Below, piece after piece: positions 19,351 through 27,608 of a DNA stretch of 27,608 nt. Position 1 is the first letter of the stretch. Every line of letters starts with the position of its first letter. Origin of the DNA: Acidobacteriota bacterium (GTDB taxonomy: Bacteria > Acidobacteriota > Thermoanaerobaculia > Multivoradales > UBA5704); contig JBDTZG010000066.1 of NCBI GenBank assembly GCA_040005235.1, positions 1-27,608 on the forward strand. Direction: 5' to 3'. A model generated the notes under the pieces. That model did no database searches and was not told where the DNA came from. It saw only the letters and a list, made by a program, of their open reading frames with translations. Position numbers and translations under genes: made by a program.

Positions 19351-19848
19351 ATGAGCAAGGAATTCCGCGCCCTGTTCGTCGACGAGCTGCGCGACGTCTA
19401 CAGCGCCGAGAACCAGATCTTGAAGGCGTTGCCGAAGATGGTGAAGGCGGCCCACAACACTGAGCTGAAGAAAGCCTTCTCCGATCATCTCGCCGCGAGC
19501 AAGGTACACGTCGAGCGCTTGAATGGCATCTTCACTTCGTTGGGTCTGTCCAAGAAGGGGAAGTTGTGCAAAGGCATGGAGGGACTTCTCGCGGAGGGTG
19601 CGGAGATCCTCGCAGAGGATCTGCCGGGTGCCGTCAAGGACGCCGCCCTGATCGCCGCGGCCCAGCGGGTCGAGCACTACGAGATGGCGGCCTACGGCTG
19701 TCTGCGGGCGTTTGCCAAAGCCCTGGGCGAGCTGGAGACCGCACGCATCCTTCAAGCCACCCTGGACGAAGAGGGCGATGCGGATCGGCTGCTGTCACAG
19801 ATCGCCGAATTCGCGGTCAATCTCGAAGCGGTCGACTTCAACGGCTAG
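19351..19848 (+). CDS. Ferritin-like DUF892 (YciE/YciF family) stress protein
   Basis: LFVDELRDVYSAENQILKALPKM, CKGMEGL, DAALIAAAQRVEHYEMAAYG, TLDEEGDAD; AAAGGA SD before ATG 19351. Confidence 0.93.
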   Translation: MSKEFRALFVDELRDVYSAENQILKALPKMVKAAHNTELKKAFSDHLAASKVHVERLNGIFTSLGLSKKGKLCKGMEGLLAEGAEILAEDLPGAVKDAALIAAAQRVEHYEMAAYGCLRAFAKALGELETARILQATLDEEGDADRLLSQIAEFAVNLEAVDFNG

Positions 19849-19851
19849 CCG

Positions 19852-22488
19852 TCACCGCCTCACGGGAGCCTCCGGTTTGCTCGCTTTCTTTCGGGGTACC
19901 CGGAAATGAAGAGGCTCCTCTTCGGTAAGCGGCAGCCCCTGCGCGTTCAAAACTCTCACGTAGACCGAGTAGGGGTGCCGATCGTCGATTTTTCCCGCCA
20001 GGCTTTGCGGCAGGCTAAGGTCGTAACGAAACTTGCTGATCGCAAACGGCCCTTCGGGCACCTTCTGCGCCTCTCCGGCCGGAATTCCGATCACCGCGAG
20101 CGGCAGGTCGGCGCGAATGCGCGACCGCCGGAGCTCGATTCGCACCCGGTGATCGGGGGCGAAGTGAAGGTCGCTGAACAGCGAAAGATAAAACCGCGTC
20201 GGCACCAGGATGGTCGGATTCTGGGGGCTCGGTTCGACGACGAACATCCGGCCGGCGAGGAGTCGCGGCGCCGAAGAGCGAAGGCTGTCGATGTCGCGCG
20301 CCTGGGCGGCGGTTTCTACGGTGGAGCCTTCGAGCCGTTCCGGCGTGCCGTTGGTCGGACCGGACACAGTGCCGACCGGAGCGGCTTCCGGTTCGGCGGC
20401 GAGCGAGCCCAGGCGCGAGATCGGCGAGCGCCCGCGGACCACGCGCAGAGGCCGGGGCATCTCGTCGGTCCAGATCTCGGCGGCGACGCTCCCGCCGTCC
20501 GCCCTCCCCGAGGGCGACGCGGCGCCCGCGGCGAGGACCAACCGTTCGAGGATCGGATAATCCTCGCGGCGGAGCGCGTTTCTCGTCCATCCCCGACCGT
20601 CGATGTCGCCGCGCGCGGTGCGATAGCGCACGTCGTCGAACCAGGCGACGAACCGTTCGGCCGAGGCCAGGCGGCGTCGGTCGATGCGGTCGTGTTGGGT
20701 CTTCCAAAGCGCACGTTGGCCGGCGGTGAGCCAGGCGTCGGCGGAGCCGGCGCCCAGAACGGCTTGGCCGACCGTGCGCCAGACCTCTTCGGAACGCATC
20801 CCCAGCAGGCGGGCCAAAGCCGGTCCGCGAGCCCCCGTGGTGAACGAGGCGACGACGCCGACGGCGTCGGTTCCAAACAGCTCGGGGGGCGGTTCGGGGT
20901 TGCCCGGCAGGGACCGCCAGAAGCTTGCGACCTGACGGCGCGGCTCGATGCCGGCCCGACGGTCGCTCATCGTCGTCCGCACCTCGATCGCCCGCGGCTG
21001 GGCCGGTTGCGTCCCTTGCGGATGGGTCGCCTGGAGCGTCAACACCGAGGACGATCCCTGGTCGCGGCGCTTGCCGAGGTTCCTGACTTTCAAGCTGGTG
21101 CGTCGACCCTGCGTCGCTTCGCGCACCGTCGTATCGCCGATCTTGACGTCCTGTACCACCGCGAGGCTCTGCCGCTTGGTGCGGAACCAGGACGGGAAGC
21201 GGGCGAGAAGGTTAAGGTCGCGCCGATCTCCGGAACGGAGCTCCGCGGAAAGGATCTCGACGCCGCGCCCTTTGGCCGCCGCCTCGATCGGGGACTTGAG
21301 GCGCACCCGGTTCTTGGTGCCCAGCAGGTCGTCGAGCGCCGCGCGCCCTTCCGGTACTCCGAGATCGAAGCGATAGACCAGGTCGGCGACCCGGAAGCGG
21401 CTGCTGTCGCGACGATCCTGCAGGAAGGTGTAGCCATAGCGCAGGACCAGCAGCCGAATCTCGGGCCGAATCTTGATCGGCGTGATCTCCTGGCCTTTGG
21501 CCGCGATCGTTCGGACGCGCACCAGCACGTGGTCGTCGGCCTGCTCGATCACCGTGGTCTCGCGGATCAGCCGGTAGAAGTACTCGTAGCTTGCGCGCAT
21601 CCCGAGCTCGTGCGCCGAAAGGCGCAGCGGCGAGATGCCGACGAACGCCGTATAGGTGGCGCCGTCGCCCGGCTGGAGGCGCGTGTCGGCCGAGGTGAAC
21701 AGGTCGGCCTTGAGCGGAAAGCCGAGATCGACCCAGAGCGTCATCGGCTCGACGAAGCCCTCGAAGTAGAGCGCGCCTTTTTCGGTGTCCTCAAATCCGA
21801 TGTTGATTTCGGTCGCCAGGGCGTCGAGCATGGCGAGCAGGGTTCGCCCCAGGCGCGGCAGGATGTGCTTGCGGAACCGGGCGTCCTTCTTGTCCCAGTA
21901 GCCGGCCAGCTCGGCGCGCAGGTTCTCGCGGCTCGCGGTGCGCGAAAACTCCGGTCCCAGCTTGCGCGGGGCTTGAGTCTCCGCGGCGGTGAGCACGAAA
22001 CCCGATTCGGTGTGCAGGCCGACGCCGATCGTCGCGGAGGAATCCGGCAGGTAGTCGACGTCGAGCGAGGTTTTGGCGCGTGCAGAGTTGACCGTCTGAA
22101 ACCACGAAAGATCGAGATCCCCAACCGTGCTGCCGACCGGCAGCTGGAGATGCTTGTCGAGCACGCGGCGCGAATAGGTGATCGAGGCGTCGAGCTTGGT
22201 GGCCGACCAGGTGTGGCCGAACGAGACGTCGAAGTCGCCCAACTCCTGAAACAGATCGCCGCTCCTCGCTTCGCGGAACAGCTCGTTGTCGAAGAACTCG
22301 CCCGCCCCTTCGACCGGTGCGCCGGAAAACGAGCCGATGCGGCGCCAGTCCGCCTGGGGCGCGGGCTCGTCGTCTTGGGCGATCGAATCCGCCGGGTGCA
22401 GCAGCGCGAGAGAGGCGAGCGCGAGCGACGCCAAGAGGCGGCGAGGTTTCGGCTCCGGGGAGAGACGTGGACGGCGGTCGATTCGCAT
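19852..22488 (-). CDS. Large hypothetical exported protein (878 aa)
   Basis: Signal-like N-terminus (PRRLLASLALASLALLHPADSIA-QD), aromatic-rich globular composition. The overlapping plus-strand 917-aa ORF is an Arg/Gly-rich shadow. Confidence 0.82.
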   Translation of the reverse strand: MRIDRRPRLSPEPKPRRLLASLALASLALLHPADSIAQDDEPAPQADWRRIGSFSGAPVEGAGEFFDNELFREARSGDLFQELGDFDVSFGHTWSATKLDASITYSRRVLDKHLQLPVGSTVGDLDLSWFQTVNSARAKTSLDVDYLPDSSATIGVGLHTESGFVLTAAETQAPRKLGPEFSRTASRENLRAELAGYWDKKDARFRKHILPRLGRTLLAMLDALATEINIGFEDTEKGALYFEGFVEPMTLWVDLGFPLKADLFTSADTRLQPGDGATYTAFVGISPLRLSAHELGMRASYEYFYRLIRETTVIEQADDHVLVRVRTIAAKGQEITPIKIRPEIRLLVLRYGYTFLQDRRDSSRFRVADLVYRFDLGVPEGRAALDDLLGTKNRVRLKSPIEAAAKGRGVEILSAELRSGDRRDLNLLARFPSWFRTKRQSLAVVQDVKIGDTTVREATQGRRTSLKVRNLGKRRDQGSSSVLTLQATHPQGTQPAQPRAIEVRTTMSDRRAGIEPRRQVASFWRSLPGNPEPPPELFGTDAVGVVASFTTGARGPALARLLGMRSEEVWRTVGQAVLGAGSADAWLTAGQRALWKTQHDRIDRRRLASAERFVAWFDDVRYRTARGDIDGRGWTRNALRREDYPILERLVLAAGAASPSGRADGGSVAAEIWTDEMPRPLRVVRGRSPISRLGSLAAEPEAAPVGTVSGPTNGTPERLEGSTVETAAQARDIDSLRSSAPRLLAGRMFVVEPSPQNPTILVPTRFYLSLFSDLHFAPDHRVRIELRRSRIRADLPLAVIGIPAGEAQKVPEGPFAISKFRYDLSLPQSLAGKIDDRHPYSVYVRVLNAQGLPLTEEEPLHFRVPRKKASKPEAPVRR

Positions 22489-22655
22489 GGCTGGGCCGAT
22501 GATATCTCTCCAAAGCCCGCGAAAGAGAGGCGCCGATCTGATGCCCCAGATATCGGAAATTGCTGCGCACGACGCCGATTGGCCGGCAGCAGGTTTTGCC
22601 GGAAATGGCCCTCCGTGGAGCGTGGGGTAGCATCGAAATTCAATCGGAAAAGCCC

Positions 22656-24596
22656 GTGACCGAGCCACTCGCGATCCCCGAACCTCCTCCTGTGAGCCGG
22701 CCTGGGCGCCGCTTTCGCAAGGTGCTGATCGCGATGTGCGCAATCCTTGGCCTGTTCGGCGCCAATCAGCTGTACGTTCGCGCCGCGGGGCGATGGCTCG
22801 GCTCGCCGGATCTCTCCGTCCGGCTCAATCGGCATCCCGACCGTTTCCGCATCTCTTGGCGCGACGCGAGAAGCCCTTTTCCCGGATGGTTGATCGTCCA
22901 CGATCTCGAGTTGGCCGGGCGCACCCGGCGGAGCCGGTGGAGCCTTCACGCCGATGAGGTGCAAGGCGCCTTGAGTCTGCCGTCGCTCACCCGCCGTCGG
23001 CTGGCGTTTCACGACCTGGTGGCCTCGGGTGTCGCGATCCGCGTCGCGCGGATCCTGCCGCCGGGCGCCGTCCCGATCGACGGTCAGGCGGCGATCGTGC
23101 CGGCCTTTCCTCAGAGCCCCGAAGAGTTCGAGGCGACGCTCAAAGCCGTGCCGAAACGTCCACGCTGGACGATCGATCTTTCTTCGGTCTCGCTCGATCG
23201 CATCCGCGAGCTCTGGCTCGAACGGTGGCGGCTCGCCGGATCGATGAAGGCCCACGGCGGGATGCGCCTTCATCTGGGGCGCGACGCGGAGGTCTTGATG
23301 ACCCGGCTGGATCTGCTGGACGCCGGCCTCACGGTGGTCGGCCGGCCGGCCGGCTCCCACCTGCACGGGTCGGTGACGGCCTTTACCTCTCCCTACTCGC
23401 CACGCCGCGAGCGGGGCTGGCAGGCGGTCCGGCACGTCTCCGGCGAGCTGCGTCTGGAAGGCCGGCTCCACTCGCTCGAATTCCTGCTCGGCTTGATGCC
23501 GCGTCTGCCTTGGCTCGCGATCGAAGGGGGAGAGGGGAGCTTCCGCGCCCGCCTGCTGCTCGCCAAGGGCAAGCTCGGCCGGGGCAGCGCGGCGGAGATC
23601 GCGGTAAGGAAAGCGATCGTCGACTTTCTCGATTACCAGGCCCGAGGGGAGGCGGCCTTGTCGTGGCGGATCGATCGCGACCGGATGTCGGGCCAAGCCG
23701 ACCTTTCCCACTGCGAGATCCGGCGCCAGGGCGCCTCGGCACCCTATGCCCGTGCGCCTGCGCTGCGCCTTTCCTTCACCTCGAAAGACCTCCAGATGGA
23801 CGGCCGGCTCGACGATTATTCGGGCGTCGCCGATCTGCCGCGCGCCGAGGTGCCGGATCTGCGCTACTACAACGCCTACCTGCCGACGGGATCGGGCCTC
23901 GCGCTCACGGGGGGCCGGGGGGTCTTGAAAACCCGCGTGACGATCGATTCTTCCGGCCGGATGGCCGGCCGGATTCTTCTTTCCGCCTCCGACGTCGCGG
24001 CGACCGCCCGAGGGCTCGCTCTGCGCGGCCGGTGCGGCGTCACGGTGGCGCTGGCGAGCCAGGACCTCAAGAGCCGCCGCTTCACCCTCGGCGGCAGCAG
24101 GGCGCGCTGCGAAGGGGTCGAGATTCGCGATTCAGAACCGCCGGGGAGCGAGCCTTCGTCGCGGGATTGGTGGGCGATCGGCACGGTGGGCGACGGCGTC
24201 GTGGCGCCGGGCGCGGAGCACTTTCTTTCCCTCGGCGCCAAGGTCGAGGCGCGCGACGCCATGCCGATCTTCGCCCTGTTCGGCGATCGGCCGGGCGCCA
24301 AGCTCGTCGCGCACTTCTTCCGCGGCAAAGGGGTCGCCGCCACCGGCCGGGTCGACCTGTCGAGCGCCGCCTGGACGGCGTCGGGCGTCGGGTTCGCCGG
24401 CCCCCGGCTCACCGCGGAGGCCCGGCTGTCGGGACGGAAAGGGCAGATCGAAGGCGCGCTGCTCGCAGGCATCGGCCGCCGCCAGGTCGGCATCGAGCTG
24501 GCTGGGCATGATCGTAAACTCCACTTGCGCGGCGCCGAGGACTGGTTTGCCGGTGCCGACTCGTCGAGACCGAGGGTAAGGAAAAGGCCCCTATGA
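22656..24596 (+). CDS. Hypothetical membrane-anchored beta-rich protein (AsmA-like architecture suspected)
   Basis: Basic patch plus one hydrophobic helix (RRFRKVLIAMCAILGLFGANQLY), then a long run of Gly-rich amphipathic strands; stop overlaps next ATG (ATGA). Start uncertain (GTG 22656 chosen). Confidence 0.75.
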   Translation: MTEPLAIPEPPPVSRPGRRFRKVLIAMCAILGLFGANQLYVRAAGRWLGSPDLSVRLNRHPDRFRISWRDARSPFPGWLIVHDLELAGRTRRSRWSLHADEVQGALSLPSLTRRRLAFHDLVASGVAIRVARILPPGAVPIDGQAAIVPAFPQSPEEFEATLKAVPKRPRWTIDLSSVSLDRIRELWLERWRLAGSMKAHGGMRLHLGRDAEVLMTRLDLLDAGLTVVGRPAGSHLHGSVTAFTSPYSPRRERGWQAVRHVSGELRLEGRLHSLEFLLGLMPRLPWLAIEGGEGSFRARLLLAKGKLGRGSAAEIAVRKAIVDFLDYQARGEAALSWRIDRDRMSGQADLSHCEIRRQGASAPYARAPALRLSFTSKDLQMDGRLDDYSGVADLPRAEVPDLRYYNAYLPTGSGLALTGGRGVLKTRVTIDSSGRMAGRILLSASDVAATARGLALRGRCGVTVALASQDLKSRRFTLGGSRARCEGVEIRDSEPPGSEPSSRDWWAIGTVGDGVVAPGAEHFLSLGAKVEARDAMPIFALFGDRPGAKLVAHFFRGKGVAATGRVDLSSAAWTASGVGFAGPRLTAEARLSGRKGQIEGALLAGIGRRQVGIELAGHDRKLHLRGAEDWFAGADSSRPRVRKRPL

Positions 24597-25786
24597 CCCG
24601 CCGCCGCCCCCGGATCGCTTTGCTCCTCGGATTGGCGTTGCCGTTCGTCGTCGTGGTTCTTCGTCACGCGTACGAGGCGAACCCGCAGCAGACCCCTTTC
24701 CTGCACAGCGGTATTCTGGTGATCGCCGTCGCCTGGCTCGGCGGCTTGGGGCCCGGCTTGCTCGCCACGTTTTCCCATCTGGTTGCCGTAGGGATTTGGA
24801 TCGTTCCGCCCTCGACGGTGTCATGGACCGGTTTTGCCCTGGTCTTCCTTCAGGGAGCGCTGCTCGCCTGTTTTGGCGAGGCCCGGCTGCGGGCGGTGGA
24901 CCGCTGGGAGCGGTTGAGAAGCGATCTGGAAGGCCGGGTTGCGGAGCGCACCGCCGAGCTTGCGAGCTCGAACATCCGGCTGGAGAAAGAGGCCGCCGAA
25001 CGAGAGCGGGCGATTGCGGAGCTGACCTCGGCGGGTCGCCTGCTTCAAGCGAGCAACCGGGAGCTGGAGACCTTCGCCTCCGTCGCGTCGCACGATCTTC
25101 AGGAGCCGCTGCGCAAGATCCGCACGTTCTCCGACCGGTTGATGCAGCGCCACTCCGAGAACCTCGACCCGGAAGGGCGCGACTACCTAGCCCGATCGGC
25201 GAACGCCGCGGAGCGGATGACCCAGCTGATCGAGGACCTGTTGTCTTACTCCAGGGTCACCACCCACGGTAGGCCTTTGCTGCCGGTCGATCTCTCGGAG
25301 ATCCTTGCGGGCGTCCTTTCGGACCTGGAAACCCGGATCGCCGATTCGGGCGCCAAGGTCCATGTCGACCCCTTGCCCCAGATCGAGGCGGACGCGGCGC
25401 AAATGCGCCACCTGCTCCAGAATCTGATCGTCAACGCGCTCAAGTTCGTCGCGCCGGGGCAAACTCCGGAGGTCTGGGTTTCCGGCCGGGTCGAGAAGGG
25501 GAGCGATCCGCCCCTTTGCCATCTGGAGGTCGCGGATCACGGGATTGGGATCGAGGAACGGCATCGTGACAAGATCTTCCAGATGTTCCAGCGCCTTCAC
25601 GGCCGCGAGGCTTACGAGGGAACGGGCATCGGTCTCGCGATTTGCCGCAAGATCGCCGAACGTCATGGCGGCGAGATCCACGTTGCCGAACGCCCGGGCG
25701 GGGGGTCGCTGTTCGTCGTGAACCTGCCCGGGAAAAGAAAACCGGACCCCGTTGAGGACGTTTCCTATGCCCCGAGTCTCTCTTGA
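24593..25786 (+). CDS. Membrane sensor histidine kinase (DUF4118-like TM input, Cph1-type HisKA/HATPase_c)
   Basis: AWLGGLGPGLLAT TM motif, coiled coil (RVAERTAEL...SNRELETFA), SHDLQEPLRKI H-box, NLIVNALKF, DHGIGI, GTGIGLAICRKI. Confidence 0.95.
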   Translation: MTRRRPRIALLLGLALPFVVVVLRHAYEANPQQTPFLHSGILVIAVAWLGGLGPGLLATFSHLVAVGIWIVPPSTVSWTGFALVFLQGALLACFGEARLRAVDRWERLRSDLEGRVAERTAELASSNIRLEKEAAERERAIAELTSAGRLLQASNRELETFASVASHDLQEPLRKIRTFSDRLMQRHSENLDPEGRDYLARSANAAERMTQLIEDLLSYSRVTTHGRPLLPVDLSEILAGVLSDLETRIADSGAKVHVDPLPQIEADAAQMRHLLQNLIVNALKFVAPGQTPEVWVSGRVEKGSDPPLCHLEVADHGIGIEERHRDKIFQMFQRLHGREAYEGTGIGLAICRKIAERHGGEIHVAERPGGGSLFVVNLPGKRKPDPVEDVSYAPSLS

Positions 25787-26237
25787 AGCTACGATCATCC
25801 TCGCCGACGACGATCCGGAAGACCGCATGCTCACCCGCCAGGCGCTCGCCGAGGGCGAGGTCGCCAATCCCCTCTTCGAGGTCGCGGATGGCGAAGAGCT
25901 GCTCGACTACCTCGCGGGGCGCGGCCGCTTCGAGGCCGCCGGGCCGGCGCCCCAGCCCGGCCTGATCCTGCTCGACCTCAACATGCCGAAGAAGGACGGT
26001 CGCCAGACGCTGCTCGAACTGAAGCAGGATCCGGCGCTGCGACGCATTCCGGTGGTGGTTCTATCGACCTCGGCGGCCGCCGCCGACATCGCTCACAGCT
26101 ACGATCTGGGCGGCAACTCGTTCATTACCAAACCGGCGATTTTCGACGACTTCGTTCAGGCCATGCGCTGCCTCGGTCGCTACTGGTTCGGCATCGTTCG
26201 ACGCCCCGACGAAGTGGTGGGGCACGAAGCCGGCTAA
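25767..26237 (+). CDS. Single-domain response regulator, Rcp1-like
   Basis: ILADDDPED, LILLDLNMPKKDG (phospho-Asp), IPVVVLSTS, SYDLGGNSFITKP, RYWF; ATG 25767 after GAGGA. Confidence 0.94.
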   Translation: MPRVSLEATIILADDDPEDRMLTRQALAEGEVANPLFEVADGEELLDYLAGRGRFEAAGPAPQPGLILLDLNMPKKDGRQTLLELKQDPALRRIPVVVLSTSAAAADIAHSYDLGGNSFITKPAIFDDFVQAMRCLGRYWFGIVRRPDEVVGHEAG

Positions 26238-26239
26238 GC

Positions 26240-27608
26240 ATGGACACCCTGCGTATCCTTTTGGTCGAGGACGACGAAGACGACTTTGTCGTGACCCGCG
26301 ATCTCCTGGCCGAAATTCCGGACCTGGACGTCGCGCTCGATTGGGTTCGTGACTCCGAGGTGGGTCTCGAACGCGTGCGTTCCGGCCGGTTCGATCTTTG
26401 CCTGGTCGACCACAACCTCGGGTTCCGCACCGGGGTGGAATTCGTTCACGCCCTTTGCCAGCTGTCCGGTGCGCCGCCCGCGATCCTGCTCACCGGAAAC
26501 GCCTCGCGCGAGGTCGACCTCGCGGGAATGGCGGCCGGCGCCTCGGACTTCCTGGAGAAAGCGGGGCTCACCTCGGCGCTGCTCGACCGCTCGATCCGCT
26601 ACACGATCCAGAAGCAGCGCGCGGCCGAGGTGATGATCGATCTCGCGGTGGAGCGTGCGGCGCGCGCCGCGGCCGAAGAGGCCAACCGCGCCAAGGACCA
26701 ATTCCTCGCCCGCCTGAGCCACGAGCTGCGCACTCCGATGGCGCCGATCCTCGGCATCTCCTCGCTGCTGGAGATCGACGAGACGCTACCTGCCGAGATC
26801 CGCGAGCAGCTCCACGTCGTGCGCAGGAACGCCGAGCTCGAAGCCCGGCTGATCGACGATCTGCTCGACCTGACCCGAATCAACCGCGGCACGTTCGCTC
26901 TGAACCGCGAGGTCGTCGACCTCGAAACCCTGGTCAAGGAGGCGATCGAAACCGCCGCCGGAGCGACGCTCTCGACCGGCCGCCTGCGCTTGAATCTGGA
27001 TCTGACCGTCGAAGATTCGCGGGTCTGGGGCGATCCGATCCGGCTCACCCAGGCGCTGTGCAACCTGTTGACGAACGCGGTCCGCTACACCCCGCAGGGC
27101 GGGACGATCACCGTCAGCTCCCGGCACCAGGAGCCCGCAGGGATCGTGATCGAGGTCCACGACACCGGGCGCGGGTTCGACCCGGCGGACCTGCCGCGGC
27201 TGTTCGAGGCTTTCGAGCGCGCCGGCATGCCGGAAGGGGGAGGCTTGGGTCTCGGACTCTGGATCGCGCGGTCGATCATCGACGACCACGGCGGCGTCCT
27301 TTCGGCGCACAGCGAGGGGGTGGGCAGCGGCGCCTCGTTCTTCGTCTACCTCTCGACCGGCCTGCCCGCCGGAGTGATCGCCCCGCCGCCAGAGGAGCCG
27401 GCTCGCGAACGAGGGGGACCCCCGGCGGCCCGAACGTTGCACATTCTGTTGGTCGAAGACCATTTGGACACCGCCTTTGCCATCTCCCATCTTCTGAAAC
27501 GCCTGGGGCACAAGGTCACCCACGCCGACAACCCGGAGATGGCTCTTCTGGCCGCCGCCGCCGCGTCCGATCCGCCGATCGATTTCGTGGTCAGCGATCT
27601 CTGGTTGC
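26240..27608 (+). CDS. Hybrid histidine kinase REC-HisKA-HATPase-REC (3'-truncated by window edge; absent from ORF track)
   Basis: Hand translation: MDTLRILLVEDDEDD...LCLVDHNL...ANRAKDQFLARLSHELRTP...NLLTNAVRYT...HDTGRG...GLGLGLWIAR...HILLVEDHLD; no stop seen to the window end. Confidence 0.93.
   Translation, partial: MDTLRILLVEDDEDDFVVTRDLLAEIPDLDVALDWVRDSEVGLERVRSGRFDLCLVDHNLGFRTGVEFVHALCQLSGAPPAILLTGNASREVDLAGMAAGASDFLEKAGLTSALLDRSIRYTIQKQRAAEVMIDLAVERAARAAAEEANRAKDQFLARLSHELRTPMAPILGISSLLEIDETLPAEIREQLHVVRRNAELEARLIDDLLDLTRINRGTFALNREVVDLETLVKEAIETAAGATLSTGRLRLNLDLTVEDSRVWGDPIRLTQALCNLLTNAVRYTPQGGTITVSSRHQEPAGIVIEVHDTGRGFDPADLPRLFEAFERAGMPEGGGLGLGLWIARSIIDDHGGVLSAHSEGVGSGASFFVYLSTGLPAGVIAPPPEEPARERGGPPAARTLHILLVEDHLDTAFAISHLLKRLGHKVTHADNPEMALLAAAAASDPPIDFVVSDLWL

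Noticed and set aside
19906-22659. 917-aa plus-strand ORF antisense to the 878-aa gene
   Set aside because: Arg/Gly/Ala-rich composition typical of an antisense shadow frame in high-GC DNA; no signal or domain, while the minus-strand ORF looks like a real protein.
21741-23711. 656-aa minus-strand ORF spanning the divergent region
   Set aside because: Composite of an antisense shadow of the 22656 gene and an off-frame reading of the 878-aa gene; not protein-like.

Overview
GC-rich bacterial chromosome segment; gene content and sequence style suggest Acidobacteriota, possibly Thermoanaerobaculia-like (inference, no search run). Positions 1-18275 are mostly housekeeping: infC(3' part)-rpmI-rplT-pheS-pheT-ZapB-like gene; a convergent moaA under a Moco-type RNA motif; a conserved hypothetical gene plus thiS; two coupled orphan genes; tRNA-Lys(CTT) and tRNA-Leu(TAG); then tig-clpP-clpX-lon-engB-rho-mqnA. 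From about 18330 an accessory block follows: a probable C-terminal remnant of a Ycf46-like AAA ATPase gene, a sigma54-type promoter ahead of a lipoprotein gene, a DUF892 ferritin-like gene, a convergent 878-aa exported orphan, and, divergent from it, a beta-rich membrane-anchored protein coupled to a Cph1/Rcp1-type kinase-receiver pair and a REC-HK-REC hybrid kinase that runs off the window. I found no CRISPR array, integrase, transposase or recognisable defence system. The best leads are non-coding (Moco RNA with a separate anti-SD platform, structured rpmI-rplT spacer, sigma54 promoter) and two unannotated envelope-protein modules (7315-9140 and 19852-27608). I cannot establish a new biological system from sequence alone.
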